Source of the DNA: Pristiophorus japonicus
Lineage: Eukaryota
DNA: 64,000 nucleotides
Direction: 5' to 3'
NCBI RefSeq assembly: GCF_044704955.1
Contig: NC_091999.1
Location: 9,982,001 to 10,046,000, forward strand
The position numbers were made by a program, and so were the translations under genes. Shown here piece by piece: positions 63,243 to 64,000 of the stretch (its first letter is position 1; each line of letters opens with the position of its first letter). The notes beneath the pieces were generated by a model, which was given only the letters and a program-made list of their open reading frames with translations, made no database searches and was not told the origin of the DNA.

Positions 63243-63938
63243 GGTTTTTTTTTGTCTCTGTCAATCTTTGCTGCACTGTGTCTTCACCACACAGAAATAG
63301 ATGGCGGCGTCTGTTGCTCAAGCGTCACGAACATTCAGAGCACTGCGCTTCTCTGCTGAACTGAACCGAGCCTTGATCCTGCTCTGATCGCTGGTACCAG
63401 TTGCCACGTGCTGCACGGTTCACCTCGGGTATTGTCTGTACCATTGCAGGATCGGTCCTGCGACTGTCGTGATGCAGGTCAAAGATATCGTATCTCCCTC
63501 ATTTAAAACCACTGACTTTGGAAACTGCAATACGCCTTCACTGCCCGTGGCACCTAAGAGGGGTATGTAGATATTAATATGATATAAAATAATATCATAT
63601 GATATAATATATCATATCAGAAGTAGATATAATATAATAGAATATATATAAAATTATCATATCATATAATTAATACAATGTAAAAATATAATATAATTTT
63701 ATAACGTAATAAAGTAGAATATAACATAATATAACCTAATACAATATAACATAATTTAACATAGTATAACACAATGTAATAAAATACAATATAACGTAAC
63801 ATATAGCAATAATATATAAACAAATAAAATACATTTAGGATGTAAAATATTTCCGACTTACTGCTTGTGACCACACTCACAGGGAGTGGAGAGTAAGAAA
63901 TTCAGGGAGATAATCACTAATGTAAAGTACAGCTTCAT
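63243..63938 (-). pseudogene. V pseudogene, family E (leader 63881-63938, V exon 63281-63553)
   Basis: MKLYFTLVIISLNFLLSTP|GTGAGT; EGVLQFPK..LTCIT..LQWYRQYPR*..RDA*ATDAAIYFCVVK; CACAGTG heptamer 63274-63280 with A-run nonamer. Confidence 0.92.
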
Positions 63939-64000
63939 GTCGGATCCTTCCGGCTTGTGTAAAGTAACCACCAGCGGATCTACACCGAGACAAGATCCTG

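Larger units (their letters stand above)
24950..64000. repeat. Large inverted segmental duplication, arms ~24950-38281 and ~46308-64000
   Basis: Same order of V pseudogenes, intergenic blocks and nested LINEs in reverse complement. Confidence 0.92.

Noticed and set aside
7300-64000. NAR-TCR cassette or D/J/C segments
   Set aside because: No V-D-J mini-cluster, 12-RSS pair, VNAR-type V or C exon was found by eye; a systematic RSS scan was not possible.

Overview
Vertebrate genomic DNA, almost certainly a cartilaginous fish (shark-type CR1 LINEs with 8-bp tail repeats, Deu-type SINE, shark-like V sequences). The window is part of the variable-segment array of a T-cell receptor alpha/delta (TRA/TRD)-like locus: about 22 V segments or relics of at least 7 families lie in both orientations, most with a leader exon, phase-1 intron, V exon and 23-type RSS. 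No D, J or C segment was seen. Three segments are open with canonical splice sites and a CAC heptamer (13615-14117, 15812-16270, 42352-42868); three more have open V exons with one cis-defect each. Roughly half of the window is CR1-type LINE debris, plus a Gypsy LTR remnant, SINEs, a 27-bp minisatellite and an assembly gap. The right 60% is organised as a large inverted duplication (~24950-38281 vs ~46308-64000) with a third partial copy in its spacer. I cannot establish a wholly new biological system. The most notable signals are germline shuffling of promoter/leader/V/RSS modules between V families, an intact V lacking the canonical first Cys and Trp, a V family with a conserved 24-bp RSS spacer plus CTCF-like flank, and antisense-oriented promoter modules abutting RSSs. 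Family letters A-F are my own labels, and alignments were done by eye.
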